A stretch of DNA of 63,539 nucleotides, counting the filler, from Octopus bimaculoides (taxonomy: Eukaryota): the NCBI RefSeq assembly GCF_001194135.2. It is 6 parts of 6 records of this genome, joined end to end, with 100 filler letters (N's around TTAATTAATTAA, not from the genome) between each part and the next. Parts side by side here need not be neighbours in the genome. Positions count along the whole stretch, not along the records: positions 62,072 to 63,539 come from NC_068987.1; 5 more parts are not named here. The stretch is one strand, 5' to 3'. Within the stretch, counting starts at the first letter, position 1; each line of letters starts with the position of its first letter. This document shows, in pieces, positions 61,972 to 63,539 of this stretch. The position numbers and the translations under genes were made by a program. Below the pieces are notes generated by a model. The model was given only the letters and a program-made list of their open reading frames with translations. It was not told the DNA's origin and did not search any database.

Positions 61972-63539
61972 NNNNNNNNNNNNNNNNNNNNNNNNNNNNN
62001 NNNNNNNNNNNNNNNTTAATTAATTAANNNNNNNNNNNNNNNNNNNNNNNNNNNNNNNNNNNNNNNNNNNNTATATATACATGTATTCATTATTCTTGTA
62101 TGCATACACACTCTACACAGACACACTAACATACACACACACAGACGCGCTCGCGCACACTCACATATTAGGAGAGAGAAAGACAGAAAGATTGAGACAG
62201 TAAGCGTGAGAGATCTTGCTGAGTAAGAGAGATTTTTAGAGAGGATAAGGGAGATTCGGAAAGAGAGAGGGAGAGAAAACTAGAAACAGATAGGTATAGA
62301 GAGAATGAAGACTAGAAACAGATAGGTAGAGAGAAATAGAGAGATGGGGGAGACCGTGTTAGAGAGGGAGAGAGAGGGAGAGAAAGCTTGGTGAATAGAT
62401 TGATTGATTGATTGAGAGAGAGAGAGAGAGAGAGGGGGGAGAGAACAAAGTTATGTAGAGCTGGTGAGTGATCAGAAGATGAAAGCATATGAGAGAACAA
62501 ACAGTGAACGTTAAGTTGGTAGTTGTCGGTATTTGAGTGGCGGGCAATATGTTTGTGGATATGAGAGCCTTCTATGCGAGTGTATTTGAATGTGTAGGTG
62601 TTTGTATGGTTGTCTATGTGTGTACATGTAGTCTGTGCGTGTGTGTGGTGTCTCTTCGTGAATGTGGGTATGTGTGTGTGCATGAGGTGGAGGTGTGTGC
62701 TTGTGTTTGTGTGTGTGTGTGTGTTGCCCGTTTGATTGATTAATGAACTCGCGGCTCTCACTTTAATGAAGTAAGGAAATCACGTGACATCACAACAACG
62801 GCCGCTGCTGATCACTCTGTCGNNNNNNNNNNTATGTATATATACACATATATAGACACACATATATACATCTATATATACATATATATGTATGTACATA
62901 TAAATGTGTATGCATTTATGTATATATAATGTATGTGAATGTATATATTTACATATGTCTTATACTTTATATGTGTATGTGTGTGTTTGTGTATGTGTGT
63001 GTGTGTGCTTATATACTTACGCTTATAAGCGCATAAATATGTAAGTATGTACGTCTATAGATAGGCTTGAGCAAGGAAAGCAAATTGCATATATATTTAA
63101 TTAAGAGAAGCAAGAAAAAGTGAGAACTATGAGAGCCCTCACATAAATGAGAAAGTGAAATCAACGCGAAGAAATAAGGAAGTATGAGGGTGAAATATAC
63201 AGAGTTAAAGGCAACGTGTTTGCTTAAGGATGGTTGCGGGTGAATGGATAGAGTTTGAGATAGTTTTGATTATATACGTATGCATTACACATAGCCACAT
63301 AATTAAATGGTCGTATATACATATACATGCGTGTGCGTGCGTGCGTGCGTGTGCGTGCGTGCGTGCGTGTGTGTGTGCGTGTGTGTGTTTATATATACGT
63401 TTATATATATATATATATGTTTATATATATAAATATATATATATATATATAGATATATATATAAACATATATATACATACACCTTGTTACATACAGATTA
63501 TTATGAATATAGATATATAATTATAACACACACACATTA

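Overview
AT-rich, microsatellite- and transposon-dense animal genomic DNA, most consistent with an octopus/cephalopod assembly (inference from the SINE/LINE repertoire). Five artificial 100-nt spacers (N44-TTAATTAATTAA-N44) split the window into six joined blocks: 1-7601, 7702-15232, 15333-30184, 30285-59272, 59373-61971, 62072-63539. The only recognisable host gene is HMG-CoA reductase (HMGCR). Four consecutive + strand exons of its membrane/sterol-sensing domain lie at 9425-13859, and I could not find the flanking exons. The rest is mobile DNA: two abundant tRNA-derived SINE families; RTE, Tx1/L1, CR1-like and R4/Dong-type LINE remnants (one near full length); a Penelope GIY-YIG fragment; a DD36E (Incomer-type) Tc1; mariner, hAT and Merlin relics; several foldback elements; and a 24-bp minisatellite. 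The most interesting unannotated signal is a set of minimal type I hammerhead-ribozyme motifs from about four unrelated families, each with a self-complementary stem III. One lies about 200 nt upstream of the Dong-like LINE ORF on the same strand. By eye there is also a sharp CpG-poor (about 8.2-30.2 kb) to CpG-rich transition. Nearly all ORFs in the supplied track are microsatellite or N-gap artefacts.
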